From: an uncultured Rickettsia sp.
Lineage (GTDB): Bacteria; Pseudomonadota; Alphaproteobacteria; Rickettsiales; UBA1997
Assembly (NCBI GenBank): GCA_964505265.1
Contig: CAZDGN010000001.1
Coordinates: 86,767-150,766 of the forward strand
DNA: 64,000 bases
Direction: 5' to 3'
In this document: one piece after another, positions 1 to 8,965 of the stretch
Layout: every line of letters starts with the position of its first letter
Numbering within the stretch: position 1 is the first letter of the stretch
Position numbers and translations under genes: made by a program
Notes under the pieces: generated by a model
Told to the model about the DNA's origin: nothing
Database searches by the model: none
The model's input: only the letters and a program-made list of their open reading frames with translations

Positions 1-158
1 TGGTTTTGATTTTTTTTTCCAGAAGAATTATTTTCATCGTTTTTGGGTTGAGATCCCCAAGGGCCGTTGCCCCAAGGACCTTTATCTCCATTTGATAATA
101 TGGAAATATTATATATAAAACAATCGATAAAATTTGGTTTTGGTATATTTCTATGCAT
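1..158 (-). CDS. Possible 5' end of a gene that runs off the left edge. Its Gly/Pro/Trp-rich N-terminus is reminiscent of HflK-type proteins.
   Basis: Hand translation of the minus strand from ATG at 158-156 gives MHRNIPKPNFIDCFIYNISILSNGDKGPWGNGPWGSQPKNDENNSSGKKNQN..., open to position 1. The locally GC-rich codons (GGT CCT TGG GGC AAC GGC CCT TGG GGA) stand out in an AT-rich background. It is too short for the ORF track. The family call is motif resemblance only. Confidence 0.3.
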   Translation of the reverse strand, partial: MHRNIPKPNFIDCFIYNISILSNGDKGPWGNGPWGSQPKNDENNSSGKKNQN

Positions 159-228
159 CAAAAAATTAATTGAGTTTAATGTTTAAAAATATTCTAATAT
201 TTATAAAAACAATTTCAATTAAAATTTT

Positions 229-1032
229 ATGAAAATAAATGATAAAAAAAATTTAAATGATTTTATTTCCCCAAAAAACCATATTAAAGATGTTAAGAAA
301 ATTTTTTTAGTTGCCTCAACAAAAGGCGGAGTAGGCAAATCAACATTAGCTTGTAATTTAGCCCAATATTTGGCCAATAAAAAATTAAATATTGCCATAG
401 TTGATGCCGATATTTACGGTCCATCTATTGCAAATTTTTTTGATATTAAACAAAAGCCGGAATTGAAAAATAATATTTTTTTACCAATCATTAAAAATCA
501 AATAAAAATTATGTCGATAGCTAATATTATCGATGAAAATCAGGCTGGAATTTGGCGAGGACCAATGGTTACCAAAATTTTACATCAATTGATTAATTTA
601 GTGAATTGGAGTTTTGATGGGTGTAAGGTTGATGCTATGATTATAGATATGCCTCCTGGAACTGGCGATGTTTATTTAACTATGGCAGAAAAATATTTTA
701 TCGATGGTGTTTTTTTAATTTCAAGTCCACAAAATATTGCTGTAATTGATTTGGTAAAGTCAGTTGATTGTTTTAAAAAACTAAATATACCTATTTTAGG
801 TTTAATTCAAAATTTAGCATTTTACGAAATAAATGGTCAAAAAAAATATTTATTTGGTAAGGATGGTGCTAAGAATTTGGCACATAAACATCAAATTGAT
901 TTTCTTGGAGACATTGCGATTGATGAAAATATTTCCAAATCTTGTGAGGAAAAAAAATTATTCGTTAATGAACATTTAAAAGATGAAATTAAAATGGTTT
1001 TTGAAAATATTTTTTATAAAATAAATGCTTGA
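229..1032 (+). CDS. mrp: Mrp/ApbC/NBP35-family P-loop ATPase (Fe-S cluster carrier family)
   Basis: Has the deviant Walker A VASTKGGVGKST and DMPPGTGD. Length is 267 aa. The usual C-terminal CxxC cluster-binding motif is not visible (see findings). Confidence 0.85.
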   Translation: MKINDKKNLNDFISPKNHIKDVKKIFLVASTKGGVGKSTLACNLAQYLANKKLNIAIVDADIYGPSIANFFDIKQKPELKNNIFLPIIKNQIKIMSIANIIDENQAGIWRGPMVTKILHQLINLVNWSFDGCKVDAMIIDMPPGTGDVYLTMAEKYFIDGVFLISSPQNIAVIDLVKSVDCFKKLNIPILGLIQNLAFYEINGQKKYLFGKDGAKNLAHKHQIDFLGDIAIDENISKSCEEKKLFVNEHLKDEIKMVFENIFYKINA

Positions 1033-1996
1033 TTCGGAAATTGATTTGTTGCAACCTCATAATTTCTCAGAATTGTTAAAGAAGATTAAAGATGACGGAA
1101 AAATCGAGCTATTTTATTTGTTGGATAAAATCATTATTGATGAAGGCAAAAATGATTTAAAAAATTTATTTTTGATTCACGATTTTATAAATTTAAAACA
1201 AAATAACTATACTGAATTCACGACAAATTATCCTTATGAAAAAGTTCCAATTTTTTTATGGGAAATTAATTCGCTAATGAGTCTTAATTTTTCTTCTGCT
1301 TGCCAAGTATCTCCTCCTAAAAATTTATTATATTTAGGCAATTTATCTTCTTTAAATTTAGCGAATTGTAAAATCGATGATTTTGATTTTTTAAAATCAA
1401 TTCATAATATAACTTTTCTAAATATTTCAAATACATCCCTTAGACATATTCCAGAAGCATTAAAGGATCTACAAAAATTAAAAATTTTAAATCTATCAAA
1501 TAATCCAAATATTCTTGAAGATGAGGGTTTGACTTCTTATCAAAAATTACAAAATTGTAATGATTTAAAATTTCTCTCTATAAGAAATAATTCCTTAGAA
1601 ATTTTACCTCCAGCGATTTTACATTTAAAAGACATAGTGGCAATTGATTGTCGAGAAAATATGATTTACGAATATGATGACTTGCAAAAGCTCACAAATT
1701 TGCAGGGTTTTTATCATGATCCTATGCGCGATTCAAGGCAATTGTCTAGTTTTTTTAGAGTGATAAAAAATATAAATTTAGTCAAATCAAGTTTATTTTT
1801 GATACATTATGGCCCAATTTATGGCATACCTATTTCATTGCAAGGGCAATCGATAGCAACTTTGGATTCGGCTGGTTTTGCTAGGAGAATACAAGAGGTT
1901 GAATCTGCTGATTTTAAAATAGCTAAGCCATCAAATACACCAAAGGATTTGGTCACAGAAGTCTTGGAAACTGGAGGCAGATTGCTTGCAATATAA
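1025..1996 (+). CDS. Leucine-rich-repeat (LRR) protein
   Basis: Consecutive LxxLxLxxN-type repeats are present: LSSLNLANCKIDDF, ITFLNISNTSLRHIPEAL, LQKLKILNLSNNPNI, LKFLSIRNNSLEILPPAI. The start overlaps the mrp stop by 8 nt. Confidence 0.8.
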   Translation: MLDSEIDLLQPHNFSELLKKIKDDGKIELFYLLDKIIIDEGKNDLKNLFLIHDFINLKQNNYTEFTTNYPYEKVPIFLWEINSLMSLNFSSACQVSPPKNLLYLGNLSSLNLANCKIDDFDFLKSIHNITFLNISNTSLRHIPEALKDLQKLKILNLSNNPNILEDEGLTSYQKLQNCNDLKFLSIRNNSLEILPPAILHLKDIVAIDCRENMIYEYDDLQKLTNLQGFYHDPMRDSRQLSSFFRVIKNINLVKSSLFLIHYGPIYGIPISLQGQSIATLDSAGFARRIQEVESADFKIAKPSNTPKDLVTEVLETGGRLLAI

Positions 1997-2048
1997 AAAC
2001 GAATTTTTAAAATAGTTTTTACTTAATAAAATTATAATTTACTCACAA

Positions 2049-4688
2049 ATGCAAGAGATAATTTCAAATTACAACCACCAATCGACTGAAAAAAAATGGC
2101 AAAATGAATGGGCGAAAACTGAAGTTTTTAAATTTCGCAACGATTCTCTTGCTCCAAAATTTTATGCTCTTGAAATGTTTCCATATCCTTCTGGAAAAAT
2201 TCATATGGGGCACTTGCGTAACTATACAATTGGCGATGTCGTTGCTAGATTTAAAAAACTTAAAGGCTTCGATGTTCTTCATCCAATGGGCTTTGATGCT
2301 TTTGGTTTGCCAGCGGAAAATGCCGCCTTACAACATAAAATTCATCCAGAAAATTGGACGCTTTCGAATATTGAAAATATGCGTCAAGAGCTCAAATCGA
2401 TTGGTTTGTCAATTGATTGGAAGCGTGAAATTATAACATGTATGCCCAATTATTACAAGCATGAGCAAAAAATTTTTTTGGATTTTCTTGATAAGGGTTT
2501 GGCATATCAAAAAGAATCTTTTGTAAATTGGGATCCGATTGATCAAACTGTGTTGGCTAATGAGCAAGTAATTGATGGAAGAGGTTGGAGAAGTGGAGCT
2601 TTAGTTGAAAAAAAGAAATTAAAACAATGGTTTTTAAAGGTCTCAGAATTTTCTGAAGATTTGTTGTCAGAGCTTCAAAATTTAAAAGGCTGGGATGATA
2701 GAGTGCTTTCAATGCAAGAAAAATGGATTGGAAAAAGTTCTGGTTTACTTATTGATTTTGAGATAAAATCAGCTCCACAATATCTTTCGAAAAAATTGCT
2801 TGAAACGGGAATTAAAGTATATACGACCAGACCAGATACACTATTTGGAGCTTCATTTATAGCTATTTCCGCCCACCATCCTCTGGCCTTAGAAATTGCA
2901 AATCACGATAAAGAAATAAAAAAATTTATTGATGAATGTAATAAAAATGCAGTGGATGAACAAACTCTAGAAAAGCAAGAGAAAAAGGGTGTTAAAACCA
3001 AAATTATCGTTAAAAATCCTATTGACGAAGAGTCAGAATTAAGTGTTTTTATTGCAAATTTTGTTTTAATGGAATATGGTACGGGTGCAATATTTGGATG
3101 CCCTGCTCATGATATTAGAGATTTTGAATTTGCAAAAAAATATCAACTAAAAATTTTACCAGTTGTCACTCCTTTTGATGAAAAAAATCAAGAAATTCCT
3201 TATTTAGAGGACGGAATAATGATTAATTCAAAATTTCTTGATGGTTTAAAAAATCATGAGGCAAAAGAAGAGGTATATAAATTTTTAAAATCTAAAAATA
3301 TCGCCGAAAAGAAAATTAATTATCGACTCCGTGATTGGGGGGTTTCGAGACAGAGATATTGGGGCTGTCCAATTCCAATTTTATATCTTGAAGATGGAAG
3401 AATTGTCAAGGTTCCAGAAAGCCAACTTCCGGTTGAATTGCCAAAAGATGTTGATTTCACTGGACTTGGCAATCCGCTAGAAAATCATCCAACATGGAAA
3501 TATACTTCTTATCAAGATGTTGATGGAAAAATTTATAAAGCCACCAGAGAAACCGATACTTTTGATACTTTTTTTGAAAGTTCTTGGTATTTTTTACGCT
3601 ATATTTCATTGGAAAATGACAAAGCTTTTGATAAGGATTTAGTTGATAAGATACTTCCGGTTGATCAATATATTGGTGGGGTTGAGCATGCGGTATTGCA
3701 TTTACTATATTCAAGATTTTTTGTTAAAGCTCTTAAAAAATGTGGATATTTATCGGTTAATGAGCCCTTTAAAAATCTATTAACTCAGGGAATGGTTTGT
3801 CATCATACTTTCAAAGACGAAGGTGGAAATTGGGTGTATCCAAGTGAGGCGATTGAATTGCAGAAAGATGTTTTTATTCACGAAAAAACTCGCGAAAAAT
3901 TAATCAAGGGTCGATATGAAAAGATGAGTAAATCGAAGAAAAATGTTGTAGAGCCGATAAATATTGTGCAAAGCTATGGGGCGGATACCGCAAGATTATT
4001 TATGCTTTCAGATACACCAGCTTCGAGAGATTTAGATTGGTCAGAAAGCGGTATTGACGGGGCTTGGCGCTATATAAATAGATTGTGGAAATTGGCTAAA
4101 AATTTTAGCAATATTACCAAAGGTAAATCATTTAATAGGCAAGCCGATTTTGTCAATTATGAAATTTTTAATAAATCACAACTGGAATTGTTAAAATTAA
4201 ATCATAAGACAATTTTTTACATTGACGATGAATTAAATAGACTTAGTTTTAATAGGGCAATTGCTAAGATTCGTGAATTCACCAATTTTCTTGAAAAATA
4301 TCAATTAAAAAAATTTGAAGAAAATAATTTAGAGATAAATAATGATTATGAATTGTTTTATTTTTCTTTAAAAAATTTGGCAATTTTACTCTCCCCAATT
4401 ACTCCGCATTTGGCAGAAGAAATATGGTTTGAATTAGAAAATCAAGGTTTGGTATGTGCTGCAAATTTTCCAAACTTTGATGAAAATTTTTTGAAAGAAG
4501 ATAAAGTTTCGATAGCTGTTCAGGTTTCTGGAAAGTTGCGCGCCGTAATTCAATTAACTAAGGATTGTTCGGAAAATGAAGTTAAGGAAACTGCTCTTAA
4601 ACAAGAAAATGTTCAAAAATTTTTATCTAATCAGGTGATTAAAAAAATAATTTTTGTTCCAAACAAATTACTAAATATCGTAATTTAA
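2049..4688 (+). CDS. leuS: Leucyl-tRNA synthetase
   Basis: 879 aa with the HIGH-type motif [15 protein letters not shown] and the KMSKS motif [13 protein letters not shown]1 editing insertion is present. Confidence 0.97.
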   Translation: MQEIISNYNHQSTEKKWQNEWAKTEVFKFRNDSLAPKFYALEMFPYPSGKIHMGHLRNYTIGDVVARFKKLKGFDVLHPMGFDAFGLPAENAALQHKIHPENWTLSNIENMRQELKSIGLSIDWKREIITCMPNYYKHEQKIFLDFLDKGLAYQKESFVNWDPIDQTVLANEQVIDGRGWRSGALVEKKKLKQWFLKVSEFSEDLLSELQNLKGWDDRVLSMQEKWIGKSSGLLIDFEIKSAPQYLSKKLLETGIKVYTTRPDTLFGASFIAISAHHPLALEIANHDKEIKKFIDECNKNAVDEQTLEKQEKKGVKTKIIVKNPIDEESELSVFIANFVLMEYGTGAIFGCPAHDIRDFEFAKKYQLKILPVVTPFDEKNQEIPYLEDGIMINSKFLDGLKNHEAKEEVYKFLKSKNIAEKKINYRLRDWGVSRQRYWGCPIPILYLEDGRIVKVPESQLPVELPKDVDFTGLGNPLENHPTWKYTSYQDVDGKIYKATRETDTFDTFFESSWYFLRYISLENDKAFDKDLVDKILPVDQYIGGVEHAVLHLLYSRFFVKALKKCGYLSVNEPFKNLLTQGMVCHHTFKDEGGNWVYPSEAIELQKDVFIHEKTREKLIKGRYEKMSKSKKNVVEPINIVQSYGADTARLFMLSDTPASRDLDWSESGIDGAWRYINRLWKLAKNFSNITKGKSFNRQADFVNYEIFNKSQLELLKLNHKTIFYIDDELNRLSFNRAIAKIREFTNFLEKYQLKKFEENNLEINNDYELFYFSLKNLAILLSPITPHLAEEIWFELENQGLVCAANFPNFDENFLKEDKVSIAVQVSGKLRAVIQLTKDCSENEVKETALKQENVQKFLSNQVIKKIIFVPNKLLNIVI

Positions 4689-5272
4689 ACTTTTCAAAAA
4701 AAATAAAATGACAAAATAAAAGAAACCTTTTTTGATAAGAATATACCAAAAGTTTCTGTCGATTAGATATTCTTTTTAAGTTTTTTTATGGATCTCATCT
4801 AAAAATAAGAAGTCTAGTTTGTTATTTTAAATGATTTTTTTAATTAAAATGTTATTAAATAATCTCACCCAACAATCCTTTAAAAATTTTAAAAAACTTA
4901 TGATAAATCTACCAACTCAATCATTTTTGGTGTTTTATTTGGAGTGCTTTTGATAAATTATTATTTAAATATCATTTATTTGTTTTTTTTGAAAAATAAT
5001 TGATAATTATCAAGGTAATATATTCTATTTTTGAAACATTTTTAAAATTTAATAAAAATATAAGAAAATAATGAAGATGATTAAATAAAAATTTATAATA
5101 TTTATTTTAATAAATAAAAAAATTTTTTTTATTACACAATTTTGTTATCAAATAAATAATTATTAAAAATATATAAATCTAAAATAAAAATATTATTTTA
5201 ATTATTTTAATCGAATAAGTTTATTTGATTTGAAAAGCTATACTTAAATTTTTTTAAAAATAAAAATAAAAT

Positions 5273-6529
5273 ATGAAAAAACATAATATAAAAAATAATT
5301 TTTTTCCAAAAATACTATTTGGTCTGAAAATCAATATTTTGCTAATAGCTAATTCATATGCTGGCGGATATTCTTCTTCCCTATACTCAACATCTGGACT
5401 TGGAACGGCATATAGCGGTTCAGCTACTGGTTCACATGATATAAGTGATGTGTTTTTTAACCCTGCAATAACGGCTGGAAATAATAAATCTGAAATTATT
5501 TTGTCTGGTAGCTTATTAAATCTATCAATCGATCCCGATTTTATGAATTCAAATTTTGTTCCAGCTGGAACTGAAACGAGAAATGTTGGTACTAAAAAAC
5601 TAATTCCATCCTTGTATGCTTCAACCCCGATTAATCAAGACATTAATTTAAATTTTGCTATAACCACTCCTTTTGGTCTAGAAACCAGATACAACAGAAA
5701 CTGGGCTGGAAAATATCGTGCAGTTGATAGCTCTATTTCTACTATTAATTTTAACCCGTCTTTAGCCTTTAAAATTAATGACAAGCTTTCTTTTGGAGCT
5801 GGATTAGTTGCTCAGCATTATGAAGCTGAACTTACTAAAAAAGCCATATTAAATGCCAATCCTCTTGTTGAAGGATACGGAAGATTAAAAGGTAATGATT
5901 GGGGATATGGATTCAATTTTGGTGTTTTATATAAAATTTCTTCATACACCAATGTTGGAATTGGTTATCGTTCAGCCATTAAACATAATTTAAAGGGTAT
6001 TGCCAGTGTCAACGATAATTTGATGGTATCGAAATTTAAATCTAATACCACCACTCCTGAATCTTTAACTATTGGGGCTTCTCATAATTTAACCAATGAT
6101 TTGCAAATTTTATCAGACATTACTATAGCTAGATGGTCTCGCCTAAAATCTTTGAGAGTGACCACTAATAATCCACTCCTTGATTCAACTTCAAAATATA
6201 ATTGGAATAACTCAGTTTTATATTCGGTTGGTTCAAATTACAAAATTAGTAATAAAGATATATTTAGATTTGGTTTGGCTTATGAAAAAGACGCTGTTAA
6301 TGATAGAAACCGCGAGCCTACAGTTCCAAATGGCGATAAATATTGGATAACGGCGGGTTTAAATCATAAATTTGAAAATAATTTAGAGATTGATTTTACT
6401 TATGCTTACCAAAAATATAAAGCTAATAATATTAACATTAAGGAAATAGGAAATAATCAAGGAACCTTGGTTGGAAAATATCAGCTTAGAGCGGATGTTA
6501 TTTCCTTAGCAATTAAGAAGCAATTTTAG
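5273..6529 (+). CDS. FadL/OmpP1/TodX-family outer-membrane channel for hydrophobic compounds
   Basis: Signal peptide, then the family N-terminal hatch motif YSTSGLGTAYSGSATGSHDISDVFFNPAI. Alternating beta-strand pattern throughout, with a C-terminal aromatic residue (…KKQF). Confidence 0.8.
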   Translation: MKKHNIKNNFFPKILFGLKINILLIANSYAGGYSSSLYSTSGLGTAYSGSATGSHDISDVFFNPAITAGNNKSEIILSGSLLNLSIDPDFMNSNFVPAGTETRNVGTKKLIPSLYASTPINQDINLNFAITTPFGLETRYNRNWAGKYRAVDSSISTINFNPSLAFKINDKLSFGAGLVAQHYEAELTKKAILNANPLVEGYGRLKGNDWGYGFNFGVLYKISSYTNVGIGYRSAIKHNLKGIASVNDNLMVSKFKSNTTTPESLTIGASHNLTNDLQILSDITIARWSRLKSLRVTTNNPLLDSTSKYNWNNSVLYSVGSNYKISNKDIFRFGLAYEKDAVNDRNREPTVPNGDKYWITAGLNHKFENNLEIDFTYAYQKYKANNINIKEIGNNQGTLVGKYQLRADVISLAIKKQF

Positions 6530-6818
6530 CAATTGGACTTTTTAGAGATTAAATTTTTTGTTTTTTAGGTATAAAAATTTTAAAAAAACATTTTAATTTT
6601 GAGATAAACCTAACTTATAAAAAATAAATTTTGTTTAATAATATTTTACCCTTTTAAGTAAATTTTCAGCAACATTTTATTTTGTTGATATATCAAATTG
6701 GCTTTATTGTTTAATACAAAATATTAGGTTTAGTAGAATTTTTTGTTTTTCTAAATCGGATAATTTTTTTGTTTTGTATGTAAAAAATTATATAAGCAAT
6801 GCTGCAATTTATTTTTGC

Positions 6819-7028
6819 GGAAATATAAGGTTTGGATTCTTAAATTAAATTTAACATTTTAAAAGTAGGTAAAGATATAGATAAGTTATCGATAATTGAT
6901 TGATTTTAAATTATCAATTTATTGAAAACCATCATTTTTGCCTAAAGTTTAGATTTTATAATGTTAAAAATATATGGAAATTTTTAGGTTTGAAATTTTA
7001 TATAAATTTGAACTCTTAAATTAAATTT
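6819..7028. repeat. Two copies of a 35-50-bp AT-rich motif (GGAAAT-N-AGGTTTG…CTTAAATTAAATTT) inside the 987-bp spacer
   Basis: Copy 1 is 6819-6852, ggaaatataaggtttggattcttaaattaaattt. Copy 2 is 6976-7028, ggaaatttttaggtttgaaattttatataaatttgaactcttaaattaaatttt. A third, weaker AGGTTT-containing stretch lies near 6724. Confidence 0.4.
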
Positions 7029-7516
7029 TATCAAATTTTTTTATTTTATTTTTTTTAACCAAGCCATAAAAGGTCTTTTTAAAAACGATAAAAGCGATGA
7101 TATAATTCCTTATATCAAAAAATATTTAGTTAGAATTTGAAACTTCAAACCAATATATAAATTTTGTAATTGTATTTATTTAAGATTACTAGAAGCTACC
7201 AAATCTGAATAAATTTTTGGTAAATTATGTATGTTAATTTGATAAAATTTTTTTCAAATTAATAATTCAAAACAGAGCATAGCATATGCTAGTTTTTTTA
7301 GTAAATAATTTTAAGTCCGATTGTTATTATTTTAAGCTTTATGTCTAAGTGATATAGAAGCATAATATTTATGATAATTAAGAATAAAGTATATGTTTTT
7401 AAACTTAAAAATACAACCCAAAAAATTTTAAAAATTAACAATTTTAAAATTTAAAAAATACAACAACTATTTTATTAAAAAATATTTTTAAATCAATTTA
7501 AATTAAAACTTATTTT

Positions 7517-8950
7517 ATGGAAAATTTAAATCATAAAAACAAGGCACTAGTAAATTCTCGCAATCAAATCAATTCTCAATTTATTTTAGATTCATCTGAT
7601 GCATGGGAAATTGATAAGGAAAAGAGGTTCAATCTTGACAAGTTAAACGCTCGCTTTAGGGAGTCGATCCCTGTCCTTGATTTTCTTGATTGGAGAATTG
7701 AAAATATAAAAAGAGGCTATGCTGAAACAGTATTGCCTTTAAATGTTGCCTCTTCAAATCAATATATAACTCATCAGGCGGCATTAATGTTGTTATCAGC
7801 GGATTATACTGGTGGTATAGCGTTGGCAACATTATTTCATCTTGCACCAATTGTTGGTTTCTTTGAGGTCTTTGATGAATATGCAATTTATATGTGGGGT
7901 GCCAAATCAACTATTCGTTGGATTTGTCCTAGTACCTCTGATTTGATTTGTAGGTCAACGATACCCGAAGAATCACGTGAAGTTTTGGTCAATAGAATGA
8001 ATGCTAGTAAAAAAGTTTTGTTTACAGGAAAGGTTGAAATGTTTAACGGCACTAAATTAGTCGCCGATTGCGATTTTACTTATTGGGCTGAAGATATTCA
8101 CGGTCTTAGAAAAAAAGCAATGGATACTGATAAAATTGAAGTTTTATACGAGCATAAATTAAAGACTACTGCCAAGTTAATTTCTGGTTTTAGAGCTTTA
8201 GAGCAAGAGGAGGGAGAGTCTAGACTTGATGATCCATTTGCTTCGGTTATTGCTGGAAAGCACGGCATTACCTTAGCTAAAAGATTTAAAAAGCACACGC
8301 CACAAATTCAAGATATGGTTGTCGCTAGAGCTAAACATCTTGATAATGCGGTTTTGGATTTTATTAAAGATAAAGAATCTTATAATATTGTTAATATTGG
8401 TTCGGGATATGATAATAGATTTATCAGGCTAGATCTTTCAAAGGGCAATATTTTTGATTTGGATTTGCCAACAATGTTAAAAGATCGAGATAAAATTTTT
8501 AATATTTCTTCGAGAGAAAATGTTAAATTAGTTCCAATTGATTTAATTACCCAAGATATTGAAGAGGTTTTATTGAATCCAGCAAATGGATTTAATAAAG
8601 ACTTGCCAACTTTTTTTATTTGGGAGGGGGGGTCAATGTATTTTGGTCAAAATGAAATTAACAAAATTTTTAAAGCATTTTCTAAATTATTAAATAAAAA
8701 TAATAGATTATGGTTTGACTATGTATTATCCGATATTATTCTTGATAAAACTAATATTAAAGAAATTGAGGATTTTATGAAATCAATGAGAGTAATGGGG
8801 GAAGCCTTTATTAATGGCTTCAAAGACATTACTCTTTTTGTAAAAAAATATAATTTAGAAGTTTTGAATAATGAAAAATCTTCAAAAATTCTTAATATTG
8901 ATCAGCCTCATTTTGAGTTTTATAATTTTTGTATCGTATCAAAAAAATAA
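7517..8950 (+). CDS. Fusion protein with an N-terminal hotdog/PaaI-like thioesterase-type domain and a C-terminal LCM-family (leucine carboxyl methyltransferase-like) SAM-dependent O-methyltransferase
   Basis: N-terminal half: DFLDWRIENIKRGYAETVLPLNVASSNQYITHQAALMLLSADYTGGIALATLF. C-terminal half: DPFASVIAGKHG, VNIGSGYDNRFIRL, FDLDLPTMLKDR, PTFFIWEGGSMYF. Confidence 0.7.
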   Translation: MENLNHKNKALVNSRNQINSQFILDSSDAWEIDKEKRFNLDKLNARFRESIPVLDFLDWRIENIKRGYAETVLPLNVASSNQYITHQAALMLLSADYTGGIALATLFHLAPIVGFFEVFDEYAIYMWGAKSTIRWICPSTSDLICRSTIPEESREVLVNRMNASKKVLFTGKVEMFNGTKLVADCDFTYWAEDIHGLRKKAMDTDKIEVLYEHKLKTTAKLISGFRALEQEEGESRLDDPFASVIAGKHGITLAKRFKKHTPQIQDMVVARAKHLDNAVLDFIKDKESYNIVNIGSGYDNRFIRLDLSKGNIFDLDLPTMLKDRDKIFNISSRENVKLVPIDLITQDIEEVLLNPANGFNKDLPTFFIWEGGSMYFGQNEINKIFKAFSKLLNKNNRLWFDYVLSDIILDKTNIKEIEDFMKSMRVMGEAFINGFKDITLFVKKYNLEVLNNEKSSKILNIDQPHFEFYNFCIVSKK

Positions 8951-8965
8951 CTAAAATATTACATA

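Noticed and set aside
2064-2436. Short antisense or alternative-frame ORFs inside leuS. Similar 60-125-aa ORFs occur inside most large genes, for example 7656-7910, 13738-14100, 19174-19458, 20665-20982, 29976-30332, 51653-52030 and 61786-62049.
   Set aside because: Each is fully embedded in a well-supported gene on the other strand or frame. Their translations are low-complexity Leu/Ile/Phe/Ser-rich, and they have no recognisable motifs.
5000-5013. Perfect palindrome TTGATAATTATCAA (Fur-box-like GATAAT content) upstream of the FadL-type gene. Also TTATCGATAA at 6886-6895 and TTGAATATTCAA at 28171-28182.
   Set aside because: In spacers this AT-rich, short A/T palindromes are expected by chance. 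The spacing does not fit the 7-1-7 Fur consensus, so I cannot support a regulator assignment without comparative data.
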